A stretch of DNA of 15,424 bases from the NCBI GenBank assembly GCA_964510585.1, contig CAZECW010000024.1, positions 1 through 15,424 of the forward strand, read 5' to 3'. Both the position numbers and the translations under genes were made by a program. Shown piece after piece: positions 14,929-15,424 of this stretch. The notes beneath the pieces were generated by a model. It was not told the origin of the DNA. It saw only the letters and a program-made list of their open reading frames with translations, and ran no database searches. How positions within the stretch are numbered: the first letter of the stretch is position 1; every line of letters starts with the position of its first letter. The DNA is from an uncultured archaeon (GTDB lineage: Archaea > Asgardarchaeota > Jordiarchaeia > Jordiarchaeales > Jordiarchaeaceae).

Positions 14929-15047
14929 AACGTGCAAACAAAATTTCTTTGGCTCACAAATTGACTTCACGCCAGCAAAGCATTTTAAATAATTAGTCCA
15001 ATCTCTTAATGATTATAGTGGATAACTTTTGACCGGAGAAGAATAGC

Positions 15048-15424
15048 ATGGCCAAATTTAAAGATGTAAATATTGACGCTGAGATAGATAGGTTGGCTGA
15101 GCAGTTTAAGGATAGGATTTCCAAGGAGCCCCAATCGTTCTTGGAGAGGTTCACAAAGATTATGTTTTTTCAAGAGCCGGACAGAATGCCCGTCTCAACA
15201 ACGGTGCACCAGTTCTCAGCAAGAATTGCGGGGATAACAATTAGGGAACTTTGCACTGATGCTAAAAAAATGCTCTACGCCCAGCTCTACACAGCTGTGA
15301 AATTCAAGATGGACACTGTAGTCAACCTTTCTGACCTTTACAACTTTGAGCCCGAAGCGTTGGGAGCAAAAATGTCCTATCCTGAAAACAGTTGGCCAGT
15401 TATCCTTGAACCCCTAATTAAGGA
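15048..15424 (+). CDS. Uroporphyrinogen decarboxylase / MtaA-CmuA methylcobamide methyltransferase family protein, truncated by the window edge
   Basis: Not in the ORF track. My translation from ATG 15048 (GGAG RBS) is MAKFKDVNIDAEIDRLAEQFKDRISKEPQSFLERFTKIMFFQEPDRMPVSTTVHQFSARIAGITIRELCTDAKKMLYAQLYTAVKFKMDTVVNLSDLYNFEPEALGAKMSYPENSWPVILEPLIK. EPDRMP, EPEALGAK and P-x-I-x-EPLIK are family hallmarks. Confidence 0.82.
   Translation, partial: MAKFKDVNIDAEIDRLAEQFKDRISKEPQSFLERFTKIMFFQEPDRMPVSTTVHQFSARIAGITIRELCTDAKKMLYAQLYTAVKFKMDTVVNLSDLYNFEPEALGAKMSYPENSWPVILEPLIK

Noticed and set aside
1-15424. CRISPR array, rRNA, tRNA, transposase or IS ends
   Set aside because: I found no regularly spaced repeats, tRNA-like cloverleaf, rRNA-like sequence or transposase motif by eye. 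A tRNAscan or Infernal run would be needed to exclude small RNAs formally.

Overview
This looks like a 15.4-kb stretch from an anaerobic archaeon: TATA/BRE-type promoters, oligo-T terminators, GGAGG/GGTGA/GGTGG ribosome-binding sites and frequent TTG/GTG starts. The lineage cannot be fixed from sequence alone. The window is dominated by a carboxylic-acid activation and redox locus. It encodes a phenylacetate-CoA-ligase-family enzyme, two long-chain acyl-CoA-synthetase-like ligases, a fused lipoate-protein ligase, a phytoene-desaturase-like flavoprotein, a tungsten aldehyde:ferredoxin oxidoreductase (AOR) family enzyme with its own ferredoxin, and a three-gene Fe-S cluster. The most striking feature is three paralogous small proteins placed next to the acyl-CoA ligases. 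Each is exactly 155 aa with Cys at positions 100, 109, 113 and 147, and resembles the V4R / ATC-hydrolase-like fold. A fourth, more distant four-Cys relative lies in the Fe-S cluster. Features the ORF track misses or mis-calls: a frameshifted C-terminal MtrH fragment (603-961) joined to other gene remnants, a decayed AbrB-type antitoxin, and two genes cut by the window edges (an FAD-linked oxidase on the left, a UroD/MtaA-family protein on the right). All family assignments come from motif recognition by eye. No database searches were run.
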